Shown: one piece after another, positions 47,018 to 58,900 of the stretch
How positions within the stretch are numbered: the stretch's first letter is position 1
Layout: every line of letters starts with the position of its first letter
Assembly: GCA_023457355.1 (NCBI GenBank)
Contig: JAEWLW010000054.1
Location: forward strand, 28,420 to 92,419
Length of the DNA: 64,000 bases
Direction of reading: 5' to 3'
Origin: Bacillota bacterium
GTDB lineage: Bacteria; Bacillota; Clostridia; Oscillospirales; Ruminococcaceae
Notes under the pieces: model-generated
Seen by the model: the letters and a program-made list of their open reading frames with translations, nothing else
What the model was told of the DNA's origin: nothing
The model's database searches: none
Made by a program: the position numbers and the translations under genes

Positions 47018-47983
47018 ATGAAATCTTTTGTAATAAATGAAAACGACGCCGGGCAGCGGTTGGACCGGTTTGTAAAAAAAGTGGCGCCTTCCCTGCCTTC
47101 TTCGCTGTTGCAGCGTTACATTCGCATCAAGCGTATCAAGGTCAACAACAAGCGGGCTGAAAACGCTACCCTCTTACTGAAGAGCGATACGGTCGACTTA
47201 TATATCAACGATGAATTTTTTCCGCCGGAAGCGTCCTCCGCTTTCTCGTTTTTGGCCGCGCAGCAGAAGCTGTCGGTCATCTATGAAGATGAGAACATCC
47301 TGCTGGCCGACAAAGAGCCCGGTCTGGTCGTGCATGAGGATGATACCGGTGCGCGCGACACGCTGATCGCACGCATTCAGCGTTACCTCTATGAGAAAAA
47401 GGAGTTTGACCCCACGGTTGAAAACACCTTTGCGCCGGCATTGTGCAACCGGATAGACCGCAATACCGGCGGCATTGTGATCGCCGCTAAAAATGCAGCC
47501 ACACTCCGAGTGGTCAATGCCCTGATCCGCGACCGGCTCATCGAAAAATATTACCTCTGTGTAATACACGGCAACATCTCGCCCAACACCGGGTCCATTA
47601 AAAGCTATCTGTTAAAGGATGAGGCGCAAAACCGTGTCGAAGTCTTTTCCGCCCCGAAGCCGGGCGCCAAAACCGCCGTGACCAATTACCGGACAATAAA
47701 GCAAAACGACCGTTATGCGCTGCTTGAAATTGAATTGCTGACCGGGCGTACCCACCAGATTCGCGCCCAGCTGGGCAGTCTGGGCCATCCGTTGCTGGGC
47801 GATACCAAATATGGCACCGCAAAGCAAAATAAGGGCACCGGCTTTAAGTTTCAGGCGCTGTATGCCTACCGGCTCAAATTTGCCGGAGGTGCGCAGGCCG
47901 AGCATTTGCAATATTTAAATGGACGACTTTTTGAGGTAATGAACATCCCGTTCTTATCGCTGTTTTCACACGATGACGCATAA
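47018..47983 (+). CDS. RluA-family pseudouridine synthase (S4 domain)
   Basis: GQRLDRF, NRIDRNTGG, TGRTHQIR, HPLLGD. Confidence 0.95.
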   Translation: MKSFVINENDAGQRLDRFVKKVAPSLPSSLLQRYIRIKRIKVNNKRAENATLLLKSDTVDLYINDEFFPPEASSAFSFLAAQQKLSVIYEDENILLADKEPGLVVHEDDTGARDTLIARIQRYLYEKKEFDPTVENTFAPALCNRIDRNTGGIVIAAKNAATLRVVNALIRDRLIEKYYLCVIHGNISPNTGSIKSYLLKDEAQNRVEVFSAPKPGAKTAVTNYRTIKQNDRYALLEIELLTGRTHQIRAQLGSLGHPLLGDTKYGTAKQNKGTGFKFQALYAYRLKFAGGAQAEHLQYLNGRLFEVMNIPFLSLFSHDDA

Positions 47984-48129
47984 AGCGGTGCCTGTACCCG
48001 TGCAAATAGCCGATTCTCCCGGCAGGTGTTTGGGAGAATCTTTATGTACACGCAAGCATCAGCGATTATATAGCGCCGCAAATCAATACCCTTAACCGCC
48101 GTTCAAAAAGTCGTGCGGCCATCGATTCG

Positions 48130-48435
48130 GTGATCGGCATTATTCAGGCGGAATACGCCGATCCGTCCCTTGCTTTTCAAACAGTTGCGGACAGTCCGGG
48201 GTTTTCGACCATTCATTTAAACCGTCCGTTCAAGGCCCTGCAGGGGTGCTCGCTTGACGATTATCTCAACCGTGTGCGAGTTCAAAATACCTGTGTCCTT
48301 CTGCGCGAAGAATCGACCGGTATTGAAGCCACCGACCGAAAAACCGGGTTTTTAAACAGCAAATATTTTTATGTGCTGTTTAAAAGCGTCACGGGTCATA
48401 CGCCGCGCCAATATCGGATGCAACAAACAGCGTAA
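48130..48435 (+). pseudogene. AraC-type HTH fragment
   Basis: DYLNRVR..GFLNSKYFYVLFKSVTGHTPRQYR; no sensor domain or RBS. Confidence 0.65.
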
Positions 48436-48480
48436 AGCGTTAATCCGCCATACCATGCGGCCGCTGCAAAACCGAATGCC

Positions 48481-48531
48481 AAAACACCCCATCGTCTCAG
48501 GTATCGAACCGAAGACGATGGGGTGTCTTTT
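48481..48531. terminator. Terminator after his operon
   Basis: ACACCCCATCGTCT..AGACGATGGGGTGT. Confidence 0.8.
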
Positions 48532-48594
48532 CAGGTTAATCGGCTATTACATGAACCGCCGGTAAAAACAGATGCTCTGTGGCGTTTAAAATCT

Positions 48595-48909
48595 TTATTG
48601 AATTTTATTGAAAAAGCAGCTGTGTGCGCCGGTGTGGCAGGCGTTGCCGGTTTGTTCCACTTCTATTAACAGCGTATCGTTGTCACAATCGCCATAAACG
48701 GATAAAACCTTTTGCACATGACCGGAGGTCGCGCCCTTGTTCCATAATTCCTGCCGGGAGCGGCTGTAAAACCAGGTGTAGCCGGTTTTCAGCGTCAGCT
48801 CCAGGCTTTCGCGGTTCATGTAAGCAAGCATCAACACCTGACCGGTACCGGTTTCCTGAACAATCACGGGGATGAGCGCGCTTTTTTCAAAAAATTGATC
48901 TAAGTCCAT
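48595..48909 (-). CDS. hisI: Phosphoribosyl-AMP cyclohydrolase
   Basis: [22 protein letters not shown]; no HisE domain. Confidence 0.96.
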   Translation of the reverse strand: MDLDQFFEKSALIPVIVQETGTGQVLMLAYMNRESLELTLKTGYTWFYSRSRQELWNKGATSGHVQKVLSVYGDCDNDTLLIEVEQTGNACHTGAHSCFFNKIQ

Positions 48910-48915
48910 ATTGGG

Positions 48916-49674
48916 CTACCTCCGCGCAGGAATGCCGCAGGCGTGCAGGTGTTCTTTAACCTGCCCCACCGTCAGCTCGCCGTAGTGGAACAGGCTTGCG
49001 GCCAGAGCCGCATCCGCCCCGGTTTTCTGGAATACCTCTGAAAAATGCTCAAGCTTTCCGCAGCCGCCGGAAGCGATCACCGGGACATGCACCGCTTTCG
49101 AGACGGCGTCGGTCAGCTCAATATCAAATCCGTTGCGCACACCGTCGGTGTCCATAGAGGTAAGCAAAATCTCTCCCGCACCGAGCGCGACCACCTTTTG
49201 GGCCCAACCGATGGCTTCCATGCCGGTGTCGATGCGTCCGCCGTTGATGACAACGGTAAAGGTGCCCTGAGGTGTTCTTCTGGCGTCGATAGCGACGACG
49301 ATGCACTGGCTGCCAAAGCGCTCGGCGCCTTCGCGGACCAGCTCGGGGTTGCGCACGGCGGCGGAGTTGAGCGAAACCTTATCCGCACCCGCCCGCAGCA
49401 GGTTCTTGATATCCGCCACCGAACCGATGCCCCCGCCGACCGTCAGCGGCACAAACACCTTTTGGGCGGTTCGGCGCACAACATCCACCATCGTGCCCCG
49501 CCCCTCGTGCGTGGCGGTAATGTCGAGGAACGTGATTTCATCAGCCCCCTGTTTGTTGTAGGCGACGGCACATTCCACCGGGTCGCCCACGTCCTGAAGG
49601 CCCACAAAGTTGACGCCCTTGACCACCCGGCCATCCTTGACATCCAGGCATGGGATAATCCGCTTTGCTAGCAC
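48916..49674 (-). CDS. hisF: IGP synthase cyclase subunit
   Basis: [27 protein letters not shown]. Confidence 0.97.
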   Translation of the reverse strand: MLAKRIIPCLDVKDGRVVKGVNFVGLQDVGDPVECAVAYNKQGADEITFLDITATHEGRGTMVDVVRRTAQKVFVPLTVGGGIGSVADIKNLLRAGADKVSLNSAAVRNPELVREGAERFGSQCIVVAIDARRTPQGTFTVVINGGRIDTGMEAIGWAQKVVALGAGEILLTSMDTDGVRNGFDIELTDAVSKAVHVPVIASGGCGKLEHFSEVFQKTGADAALAASLFHYGELTVGQVKEHLHACGIPARR

Positions 49675-50393
49675 GACTGATCCCCCCCTGACATAATGGC
49701 CTGCGAGAGGCTGAGTGCGCCCGAATAAATCGCCTTGCCGCAAATGGCGCCATATAAACCGGCTTTGGCCAACAGGTCAATGTCCGAGAGACGCCCGATA
49801 CCGCCGGATGCAATCACCTTGCAGCCAACCGCATTTTTAAGCTCTGTCAGCTGGTCGACAGAAGGCCCGGAGAGGGTTCCGTCCCGGGCTATATCTGTAA
49901 AGATGATATACTTCACACCTTTATCCGCCATGCGTTTGGCCAGTTCTATAAAATCCACCTCGCTGGCGTCCAGCCAGCCGCGCGTGGCCACCATGCGGTT
50001 TTTAGCGTCAATACCCACAGCGATGCGGTCGCCGAAATGATTCACAGCATCCGCTACCAGCTGCGGATTTTCCAACGCGGCAGAACCTAAAATCACCCGC
50101 TGCACACCACGCGTCAGGTAATATTCCACCGTCTGCATGTCGCGGATGCCGCCGCCAAGTTCCACTTTTAAGTCGGTTTGCGACGCAATCTCGGTAAACA
50201 CCGGGGCGTTGACGCGCCCGCCCTGAAGCGCGCCGTCGAGATCGACCATGTGCAGCCACACCGCCCCCGCCGCGCGAAAGGTCATGGCCGTTTCAAAGGG
50301 GTCGTCCGCAACGCGATGCACTGTGGCAAAATCGCCCTTGACCAGCCGCACACAGTTGCCGTCTTTGATATCTATTGCCGGTAAAATAATCAT
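49668..50393 (-). CDS. hisA: ProFAR isomerase
   Basis: [28 protein letters not shown]. Confidence 0.97.
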   Translation of the reverse strand: MIILPAIDIKDGNCVRLVKGDFATVHRVADDPFETAMTFRAAGAVWLHMVDLDGALQGGRVNAPVFTEIASQTDLKVELGGGIRDMQTVEYYLTRGVQRVILGSAALENPQLVADAVNHFGDRIAVGIDAKNRMVATRGWLDASEVDFIELAKRMADKGVKYIIFTDIARDGTLSGPSVDQLTELKNAVGCKVIASGGIGRLSDIDLLAKAGLYGAICGKAIYSGALSLSQAIMSGGDQSC

Positions 50394-50995
50394 TTAGCCA
50401 CCAGCTTTCCAAAGTTTTTGAGCATATTAAGTCCCACTTCGCCGCTTTTCTCGGGGTGGAACTGCGCGCCGATCACGTTTTTGCTGCCGACCACCGCCGG
50501 GACGGTGCAGCCGTATTCGGTGCTGGCCAGAATATACTGCGCGTCGCAAACCGCGGCATAAGAATGCACAAAATAGACGTAGTCGCCATCTCTGGTATCC
50601 GCCAGAATCGGCGAGGACTGATGCAGCGTCAGCGAATTCCATCCGATCTGCGGCAGCTTTAAATCCTTGCAGGGCAACAGGTCCACAGAACCCGGAATCA
50701 GCCCCAACCCGTCGCAATGCTCAAACTCAGTGCCGTAGTCAAACAGAATCTGCATGCCAAGGCAAATGCCCAAAAACGGCTTTTTCTCCGCCTGTGTTTT
50801 AAGCGTCGGAATCAGGCCGGTGGCCGCAAGCTTTTTCATCGCATCCGGGAACGCCCCCACGCCCGGCAGAATAATGCCGTCGGACGCTTCCAGTTCGGAG
50901 GCGTCGTTCGTGATCACCGTTTCCAGAGAAAGAAAATCGCAGGCGTTCTTCACACTGAAAAGATTCCCCGCGCCATAGTCGACAATTGCAAGCAT
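50390..50995 (-). CDS. hisH: IGP synthase glutaminase subunit
   Basis: DYGAGN, LPGVGAF, GICLGMQ, QFHPEKS. Confidence 0.97.
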   Translation of the reverse strand: MLAIVDYGAGNLFSVKNACDFLSLETVITNDASELEASDGIILPGVGAFPDAMKKLAATGLIPTLKTQAEKKPFLGICLGMQILFDYGTEFEHCDGLGLIPGSVDLLPCKDLKLPQIGWNSLTLHQSSPILADTRDGDYVYFVHSYAAVCDAQYILASTEYGCTVPAVVGSKNVIGAQFHPEKSGEVGLNMLKNFGKLVAK

Positions 50996-51023
50996 AAAAA
51001 TTCTCCTCTCACCCGGAAGGTCG

Positions 51024-51605
51024 TTACAAGCAGCCCTTGGTAGAAAGGACCACCTTTTCTTTTTGAACGGCAATCGCCATTTTAACAGCATGCGCCGCCG
51101 CCTTAAAGATTGCCTCGGCCTTATGGTGGTCGTTACTGCCGTACAGCAGCCTGATATGCAGCGTGACGGCGGCATTCATTGCAAAAGCCCGCCAGAATTC
51201 CTCAACCATCTGAGTGTCCATCGCGCCGATCTGAGCACTTTTGAACGTGGCATCAAACACCAGATAGGCCCTGCCGCTGATATCGATGGCCGACATCGCC
51301 AGCGCTTCATCCATCGGCAGCATAAAGTGCCCGTAGCGCGCAATGCCCGAACGGTCGCCGACGGCCTGTAAAAACGCCTGCCCCAGCACAATGCCGACAT
51401 CCTCGACGGTATGGTGGCAGTCCACCGCCAAATCGCCGTTGCAGCGCACCGAAAGATCAACGCCGGAATGGACGGCAAATGCCGTCAGCATATGGTCAAA
51501 AAAACCGACGCCGGTGTTGATATCCGCCTTGCCGGTTCCGTCCAGGTTTAAGGACAGCGCAATATCGGTCTCTCTGGTTTTTCGGATGATGGTCGCGGTT
51601 CTCAT
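51024..51605 (-). CDS. hisB: Imidazoleglycerol-phosphate dehydratase
   Basis: FFDHML, HHTVED, PMDEAL, HHKAEAIFKA. Confidence 0.97.
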   Translation of the reverse strand: MRTATIIRKTRETDIALSLNLDGTGKADINTGVGFFDHMLTAFAVHSGVDLSVRCNGDLAVDCHHTVEDVGIVLGQAFLQAVGDRSGIARYGHFMLPMDEALAMSAIDISGRAYLVFDATFKSAQIGAMDTQMVEEFWRAFAMNAAVTLHIRLLYGSNDHHKAEAIFKAAAHAVKMAIAVQKEKVVLSTKGCL

Positions 51606-51620
51606 GGCAAACGCCTCCCC

Positions 51621-52676
51621 TTATCTGGTTAAAATGGTCTCAAGCGCATCCAGTACACGGTTTAAGATATCCTCTCTGGCGACGCTTATGCGAATAAGAT
51701 GTTCATCAAACTGCCGCAATGAAATATCTTCTTGATGCAGCGCGTCGCTGACGGCCCCGGCGTCTTCCAGCCACAGCAAAACAAAGTTGACCACCGATGG
51801 ATAAATAATCATCTTCTGTTTTGAACGTTCGGCAATTTCGGCCAGCCGGCTTTTCATAATAGCCATCATCCGGCCGATTTCGGCAAGCGTCGCCTGCCGG
51901 TATTCGGGGTGTTCCAACAAAATAGTAGCAATCATCTGATCCACCGAGCTGACGTTGTAGGCGTCGCGCACCGAGCGCAGCGCGTAAGTCAGCTTCGGCG
52001 TTGAAACAGCGAAGCCGGTGCGGATGCCCGCCGCGCCCATCGCCTTGGAAAGCGTGCGCAACACGATCAGATTTTCATATCGGCCCGCCAGATCGAGAAC
52101 CGACTGGTCGGAAAAATCCATGTAGGCCTCGTCTACAACCACAAGGCAATCCACCGATTCAATCAGCCGGATGACCTGTGCACGCGGCAGCTGCGCGCCG
52201 CTGGGGTTGTTGGGATTTGAAAAAATCACGAGGTCGGCATTGTGAGCCCTGGCCCCCTCGATCAGCATATCCGCCGTGAAGGTCATGTCGGGCAGGCGCG
52301 CAAGCTTGACAGCGTTGCGCCCAAAAATCGCGGCGTTGCTCCAGTAGCTGCCAAAATCGCGCTCAAAGCCCAGCACAACGCCCCCCGGCGGAATCAGCCG
52401 CCCGATGATCATGTTGATCAGTTCGTCCGAGCCGTTGCCCGGCACGACGCATTCGGCATCGACCGAGAACGCCTTGGCGTAAGCATTGCGCAGCGCAACG
52501 GTGCGGTCGTCCGGGTAACAGTTTAAATTCAGCTTTGTCGTTATCGCCTGCGCAATCTCTTCCAGCAACGCCGGGGGCATGGGGACACAGCTTTCGTTGG
52601 CATCCAGACGCGTGGTGTAATCGGTGCCGCAGTAGGAAAAGGGCGAAAGTGTTTCCAAAGCAGAGTTTAATCTCAT
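51621..52676 (-). CDS. hisC: Histidinol-phosphate aminotransferase
   Basis: LDANES, GNGSDE, NPNNPSG, DEAY, RTLSK. Confidence 0.93.
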   Translation of the reverse strand: MRLNSALETLSPFSYCGTDYTTRLDANESCVPMPPALLEEIAQAITTKLNLNCYPDDRTVALRNAYAKAFSVDAECVVPGNGSDELINMIIGRLIPPGGVVLGFERDFGSYWSNAAIFGRNAVKLARLPDMTFTADMLIEGARAHNADLVIFSNPNNPSGAQLPRAQVIRLIESVDCLVVVDEAYMDFSDQSVLDLAGRYENLIVLRTLSKAMGAAGIRTGFAVSTPKLTYALRSVRDAYNVSSVDQMIATILLEHPEYRQATLAEIGRMMAIMKSRLAEIAERSKQKMIIYPSVVNFVLLWLEDAGAVSDALHQEDISLRQFDEHLIRISVAREDILNRVLDALETILTR

Positions 52677-52696
52677 CGTACAAATCCCCTTTCTTG

Positions 52697-53992
52697 CTAA
52701 AACGCGTCGTCAAGTCTTACCTGAACCGCGTTGCCGTGGGCCGAAAGTCCTTCGCGCGCCGCAATGGTTAAAATATCGGCGGCACTTTGCTGCATCGCTT
52801 CTTTTGTGTAGTATAAAAACGCGCTGCGCTTGACAAAGCTATCCACGCCCAGCGGAGAGAAAAACCGGGCGGTACCGCTCGTCGGCAGCACATGATTTGG
52901 GCCCGCGTAATAATCGCCCAGCGGCTCCGGGGTGTATTCCCCGAGAAATACCGAACCGGCGTTATCCAAGACGCCCACCAGACGCATCGGATCTCGGACC
53001 TGCACCTCCAGATGTTCGGGCGCTAAGGTATTGGCCAGCTCGACCATCTGCGCCTCATTCCCGCACAGGATGATCGCGCCGTAACCTTTAAGCGACGCCT
53101 CTATAATCTCGCGCCGCGGCTGCGTCTGAATCTGGCGCGCCAGCGCTTCAACCGTCTCTTTGGCCAGCCGTTCGCTCGTGGTCAGCAGCACGGCGGAAGC
53201 CATGCGGTCGTGTTCGGCCTGCCCCATCAGGTCGGCGGCAACAAAGCTTGCGTTGGCGGTGTCATCCGCCATAATCAAAATTTCGCTCGGGCCTGCGATC
53301 ATGTCGATATCGACGACGCCGAACAGCAGCTTTTTAGCGGTCGCAACAAAAATATTGCCGGGACCGACAATTTTATCCACCCTGGGCACGCTCTGCGTCC
53401 CAAATGCCAGCGCCGCCACAGCCTGTGCGCCCCCCATGAGGAAGACGCGGTCGACGCCGCAGATCGCCGCCGCCGTCAAAATATCGGGGTTGGGCTTGCC
53501 GTCGGGGCCGGGTGGCGTGACCATAATCAGCTCCTCAACGCCCGCGATTTTGGCGGGGATCGCGTTCATCAGCACCGAGGATGGATAGGCTGCCGTGCCG
53601 CCGGGCACATAGAGCCCCACCCGCTTCAGGCCCCGCACCCGCTGGCCCAGAATAACGCCGTTGGGCTGCGCGTCGATAAAGCTCTGTGCTTTTTGCCGCT
53701 GATGGAACGCGGCGATATTCTCCTGCGCGTTTAAAATAGCGCTGACAAAATCGGGGTCGGCCTCGGTCAGCGCATCGTTAATCTGCTCGCGCGGCACCTC
53801 AAAGTGCTCCGGGCAACGCTTATCAAATTTGGCGGTATATTCCCGCACCGCCTCGTCGCCGCGGGTGCGCACCGCTTCAATAATATCGGAAACGGTGGCG
53901 GTCACCGCGCGGTCGGTTTCCATCGAGCGGTTTCGCATTTTTTCAAATAATGCGTATTCGCTTGCGCCGTCGGCCTGAATAGTTTTAATCAT
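52697..53992 (-). CDS. hisD: Histidinol dehydrogenase
   Basis: YVPGG, GPGN, AGPSE, QAEHD, GPNHVLPT. Confidence 0.98.
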   Translation of the reverse strand: MIKTIQADGASEYALFEKMRNRSMETDRAVTATVSDIIEAVRTRGDEAVREYTAKFDKRCPEHFEVPREQINDALTEADPDFVSAILNAQENIAAFHQRQKAQSFIDAQPNGVILGQRVRGLKRVGLYVPGGTAAYPSSVLMNAIPAKIAGVEELIMVTPPGPDGKPNPDILTAAAICGVDRVFLMGGAQAVAALAFGTQSVPRVDKIVGPGNIFVATAKKLLFGVVDIDMIAGPSEILIMADDTANASFVAADLMGQAEHDRMASAVLLTTSERLAKETVEALARQIQTQPRREIIEASLKGYGAIILCGNEAQMVELANTLAPEHLEVQVRDPMRLVGVLDNAGSVFLGEYTPEPLGDYYAGPNHVLPTSGTARFFSPLGVDSFVKRSAFLYYTKEAMQQSAADILTIAAREGLSAHGNAVQVRLDDAF

Positions 53993-54630
53993 TTTACCGC
54001 CTCCTTTGCCCGATTCAAGCGGTCCACAATCTCTTCAATCTGGTCCTTGGAAAGCTTAAGGCTCGCGATATTCACAATCACACGGGTGGAAACATCCAAA
54101 ATGGTCTCCACAACCTCCAGCCCGTTTTCAGCTAGCGTTTTGCCGGTTTCGACCAGATCGACAATCGCGTCGGTGATGCCCAGCACCGGGCCCAGCTCCA
54201 CCGAGCCCTCTATTTTCAGGATTTTAACATCCATCTGCTTACGTGCAAAATACTCGGCGGCAATTTTCGGGTATTTGCTGGCAATCCGCCTGGCGGCGTA
54301 GCCTTCAAAAAAATCCTTGCCCTTTGGCGCGGCCAGCACCATGCGGCACTTGCCGATGCCCAAATCCGCCATCTCGTAAAAGGAACGGCCATTCTCCAAG
54401 ATCGTATCCTTGCCGACAATGCCGATATCGCAGGCGCCGGTTTCGACATAGGTGATAACATCGGCCGCCTTGGCAAAAACAACGTCGATCTCGCCGCCGT
54501 CGGTCGGGACGATGAGGCGTCTGCCCTTATCTTTAAGCCCTTCGCAGCCGTAGCCCGCCTTTTCGAGCAGCGCGATGGCGCCCTTCTCGATGCGGCCCTT
54601 GGTCAGTGCCATCCGAATGGTCTTACTCAC
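53989..54630 (-). CDS. hisG: ATP phosphoribosyltransferase, short form
   Basis: KGRI, GIVGKD, GSVEL, DLVETGKTL. Confidence 0.97.
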   Translation of the reverse strand: MSKTIRMALTKGRIEKGAIALLEKAGYGCEGLKDKGRRLIVPTDGGEIDVVFAKAADVITYVETGACDIGIVGKDTILENGRSFYEMADLGIGKCRMVLAAPKGKDFFEGYAARRIASKYPKIAAEYFARKQMDVKILKIEGSVELGPVLGITDAIVDLVETGKTLAENGLEVVETILDVSTRVIVNIASLKLSKDQIEEIVDRLNRAKEAVK

Positions 54631-55811
54631 GCCAGCACCTCCCTGCTATCGCTGCCGGTGACAACAAATGTGCGGTCAAAGCCGCTTTGCGCAGCGGCGT
54701 CGGCCACCGCTTCCACGGGAATAAGCTGCGCGCAAAAACGCTGACTGCTCAGACGCTCCAGCAGCTCAAATGCCAGCTTGATATCGCTGTTTTCATCCAC
54801 CAGCACCGCAGCGGACGGCAGCTTGATGACGGCGGTTGCCTCGGCCTTTTCACACAGCAGGTCGAGGTTGATGCCAAAGCCGGTGGCCGGGCGGTCCTCG
54901 CCAAACTCCTTGATCAGTCCGTCATAACGCCCGCCGGAAAGCACCGGTTCACCGGCGCCCGCCGTGTAGCCGCGGAAAATGATGCCGGTATAATAATCCG
55001 CCTGATTGACCAATCCCAGATCGATGGTCAGGTGGCTACCCAGCCCCAGCACCGAGAGCGAACGGTAAATATAGGCGAGGTAATCCAGCGCCTTGTCGGC
55101 CGCTGCGCTCGAAAAGAGCGAACGCGCTTCATCAAGTACCGCCGCCGAGCCGAAGAGCGCCGGCAGCTTTTTAAGCGCTTTCTGCGCCGGAAAATCTGCA
55201 AACGGCTCCAGCAGCTGGTCCAGCGCCGGAAAGTTCTTATGCTCCACCAGCTCTCTGATCTGCTCGCGGGTGGCGGCGTCGGTGTTCAGGCTGTCAACCA
55301 GCGCGTTGAAATAGCCGATGTGACACAATTCCAGCTGGTAGTCCGCTCCGCAGACAGAGCTCAGACTGCGGCAGGCCAGCTCGACAATCTCAACATCGCA
55401 AATCGGCAGACCGGCGCCAATGTATTCGACGCCCATCTGGGCAATTTCACCCGAGATCCCGGAATTGCCGTCGGCGTGACGGTAAATATTTTCGTTATAA
55501 TAAATGCGCAGCGGCCCGGTCTCATTTTTTAAGCGCGAAGCGATCAGGCGTGCAATCGGGATGGTGCAATCGGGCCGCAAAATCAGGATACGCCCGGTAT
55601 GATCCACCAGTTTATAGATGCTCTCCTGCGGAAAGTAGGCCCGCGCGGTATCGAAAACATCGTAATATTCCAGCACGGGGGTTGAAACCTCGCCAAATCC
55701 CCGCGATTCAAACAGCGCCCGCAGCGCACTGGCAAAACGGGCGCGCTTCTCGCACTCGTCAAACAGCCGATCCTTGGTGCCGTCCGGCGTAATTTTGCTG
55801 AACTGATTCAT
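54627..55811 (-). CDS. hisZ: ATP phosphoribosyltransferase regulatory subunit
   Basis: LRPDCT, QMGVE, YYTGIIF, GGRYD, ATGF. Confidence 0.95.
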   Translation of the reverse strand: MNQFSKITPDGTKDRLFDECEKRARFASALRALFESRGFGEVSTPVLEYYDVFDTARAYFPQESIYKLVDHTGRILILRPDCTIPIARLIASRLKNETGPLRIYYNENIYRHADGNSGISGEIAQMGVEYIGAGLPICDVEIVELACRSLSSVCGADYQLELCHIGYFNALVDSLNTDAATREQIRELVEHKNFPALDQLLEPFADFPAQKALKKLPALFGSAAVLDEARSLFSSAAADKALDYLAYIYRSLSVLGLGSHLTIDLGLVNQADYYTGIIFRGYTAGAGEPVLSGGRYDGLIKEFGEDRPATGFGINLDLLCEKAEATAVIKLPSAAVLVDENSDIKLAFELLERLSSQRFCAQLIPVEAVADAAAQSGFDRTFVVTGSDSREVLA

Positions 55812-55848
55812 TGAGACCCCCGCAATTCATTATGTATTATCCGCGCAT

Positions 55849-55902
55849 CGCTTTAGTGCGCTAACATATTAACATATTAGCGTCTAAATGACTTTTTGTC
55901 AA
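55849..55902 (-). promoter_or_regulatory. his promoter with candidate HisR operators
   Basis: TTGACA-17bp-TAATAT on - strand overlapping CTTTAGTGCGCTAACATATTAACATATTAGCGTCTAAA tandem dyads. Confidence 0.6.
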
Positions 55903-58900
55903 CTAGAATAAAGAAATTTGGTTTGTTTCAGGCAAATCACCAAAAGCGCCCAGATTTTTAAGCGATTCAATGACCGTTTTAGATACACCCGCATGCTCGG
56001 CGAACTCATCAATGGATAAAAACGGGCCTTTTTGCGCCGCCTCATACAGCCCCTGCGCCGCCGTACCGCCCACGCCCTTGAGCGCGCCAAACGGTAGCCG
56101 CAAGCTTTTGCCCTCCACTGTAAAGCGGTCGGCAGCGGAGTGTTGCAGATCAACCGGCAAAAAGCTGTAGCCGCGCGCAAGCATTTCATAGACAATGCTC
56201 AGCACATACATCAGGTTGTCGTCCTTGGCGCTGCGCTCCAACCCCATGCTGCGCAGGCTTTCAATTTTATTTCTGATCGCGCCCTTGCCCATCAGCGCCA
56301 GCTCGGCGTCAAAATCCTCGGGCCGGACGGTAAAATAGGTTGCATAGAATTCCAATGGGCAGTGAATTTTATACCATCCCAGCTTAACCGCCGACGTAAC
56401 ATAGGCTGCGGCGTGCGCCTTTGGGAACATATACTTGATCTTAAAGCAGCTTTCAATATACCAGTCCGGTACGTCGTGCGCCTTCATGGTTTTGACCATA
56501 TCGGGCGTCAGGTTGGCGGCTGCCTTGCCCTTTCGGGTAATTTCCATAATCTTAAATGCCAGCCCCGGGTCAAGCCCCCTGTGCATCAGGTAAACCATGA
56601 TGCTGTCACGCGTACCAATGACCTGCGAAATGGTGCAGGTGCCGTTGTGAATCAGCTCCTGCGCGTTACCCAGCCACACATCGGTGCCGTGTGAAAGGCC
56701 CGAAATCTGCAAGAGATCGGAAAAATTCTTGGGCTGCGCTTCAATGAGCATCTGGCGCACAAAGTTTGTGCCCATCTCCGGCAGCGCCAGCGAACCGGTG
56801 TTGCAGTCAATCTGCTCTTCGGTGACGCCAAGCGCCGCAGGCGACGTAAACAGGCTGATGACCTCGGGGTCGCCGTTTGGCACATCGCCTATTTTGACGC
56901 CGGTCATGTCCTCCAGGTGCTTGTACATCGTCGGCACGTCGTGCCCAAGCTCGTCAAGCTTCAAAATCGTATCGTGCAGCGAATGGAAGTCGAAGTGGGT
57001 GGTCATCATGCCGGAATCGCTCTTATCCGCCGGGTACTGTACCGGCGTAAAATCGGTGACATCCATGCCACGCGGAATGACGACCATGCCGCCCGGGTGC
57101 TGGCCCGTCGTACGCTTGACGTCGGTACAGCCGATGGCCAGCCGCTCCTCCTCGGCCTTGTGCACAATGCGATTGCGCTCGGAAAGATATTTTTTAACGT
57201 AGCCATAAGCCGTTTTTTCGGCGATGGTCGAAATGGTGCCGGCTTTATACACCTGCGAGGCACCGAAAAGCTCTTCGGTGTATTTGTGGATGCTCGACTG
57301 GCATTCGCCCGAGAAGTTTAAGTCGATATCGGGCTGCTTATCGCCATTAAAGCCCAAAAAAGTTTCAAATGGGATATCGTGGCCGTCCCGCACGCAGTCC
57401 GCCCCGCACTTGGGGCAGGTTCTGGGCGGCAAATCGTAACCCGACCCCACCGAGCCGTCGGTGATAAATTCACTGTACTGGCATTTGGGGCAGGCATAAT
57501 GCGGCGGCAGCGGGTTGACCTCGGAAATGCCCGACATTGTCGCTGCAAAGGAAGAGCCGACCGAACCACGCGAGCCAACCAGGTACCCCAGGCTCTCGGA
57601 CTTCGCCACCAGCTTCTGTGCCGTGATATACATGACCGAAAAGCCGTTTTTGATGATAGAATCGAGTTCCTTTTGCAGGCGGGTCGCCACCAGCTCCGGC
57701 ACCGGGTCGCCATAAACGCGCCTGGCACGCTCCCAGCACAGGCGCTCAAGCTCCTCGTCAGAGCCCTCGATGGAGGGCGGGAAGGTTCCGTCCGGAATCG
57801 GTTTAATCGTCTCGATACGGTCGGCAATCATTGCAGGGTTTTTCACCACCAGCTCAAATGCCTTCTGCTTGCCGAAATAAGAGAACTCCTCCAGCATTTC
57901 GTCGGTGGTTTTAAGATAGAGCGGCGCCTGATTATCGGCGTCTGAAAAGCCCTGCCCCGCCATGAGCACGGCACGAAACGCCGCATCGGCCGGGTTCAGA
58001 AAATGCACGTCACCGGTTGCGCAAACTGGAAGACCCAGGTGTTCGCCCACCCGAACAATGGTACGGTTGAAGTCGCGCAATTCGTTTTCGGATTTGCAGC
58101 GCCCGTTGCGCAGTAAAAATTCGTTGTTGCCGATGGGCTGAATCTCCAAGAAGTCGTAGAACTTGGCAATCTCACACAATTCGCTAAACTGTGAGCCCTC
58201 CAGCATCGCACGGAACAGCTCCCCCGCTTCGCAGGCACTGCCTAAAATCAGCCCCTCGCGCCATTTGATGATGTTGCTTTTTAAAATACGCGGGGTTTTA
58301 TAAAAATTATTGACATGACTTTCAGAAATCAGACGATAGAGGTTTTTCAGGCCGGTTAAATTCTCTGCAAAAATAATGATATGATAGCTTGGCACCTTTT
58401 TAAAGTCGACCGATTCAAGCGCGGTGTTCAGGTCGCGCACCGTTTCGGGCGCGCCGTTCGACTTGATTTTTTCGACCATTTTAAAGAAAATCTGCGCCAG
58501 TGCGCGTGCGTCGTCACAGGCGCGGTGGGCCTGAAACTCGCCCACACTCAGATATTCGGCCAGCTTGCCAAGCTTGAAGGATTTCAGCTCCGAATAGACG
58601 GCGCGCGCCAGAATCAGCGTATCCACCGCTGTAAAGTTATAAGGCTTGCCGCATCTTCTGGCGGCCACTTTCAGGAATGAAGTGTCAAAGCGCGCATTAT
58701 GCGCAATTAAAACGGCATTGTCGCCGCCGCAGAATTCATAGAACTGCGCCAGCGCCTGCGCTTCATCCGGCGCGCCAGCCAGCATTTCATCTGTAATGTG
58801 AGTAAGCTTTACAATTTCGGGCGACAGGGTCTGCTGGGGGTCTACAAAGATATCAAACTCGCCGATGATCTCGCCGTTCTTAATCTTGATGGCGCCAATT

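Noticed and set aside
54606..55532. Long antisense ORFs (also 3067-3870, 14668-15333, 61675-62373)
   Set aside because: Shadow ORFs opposite well-supported GC-rich genes, with no motifs or RBS.
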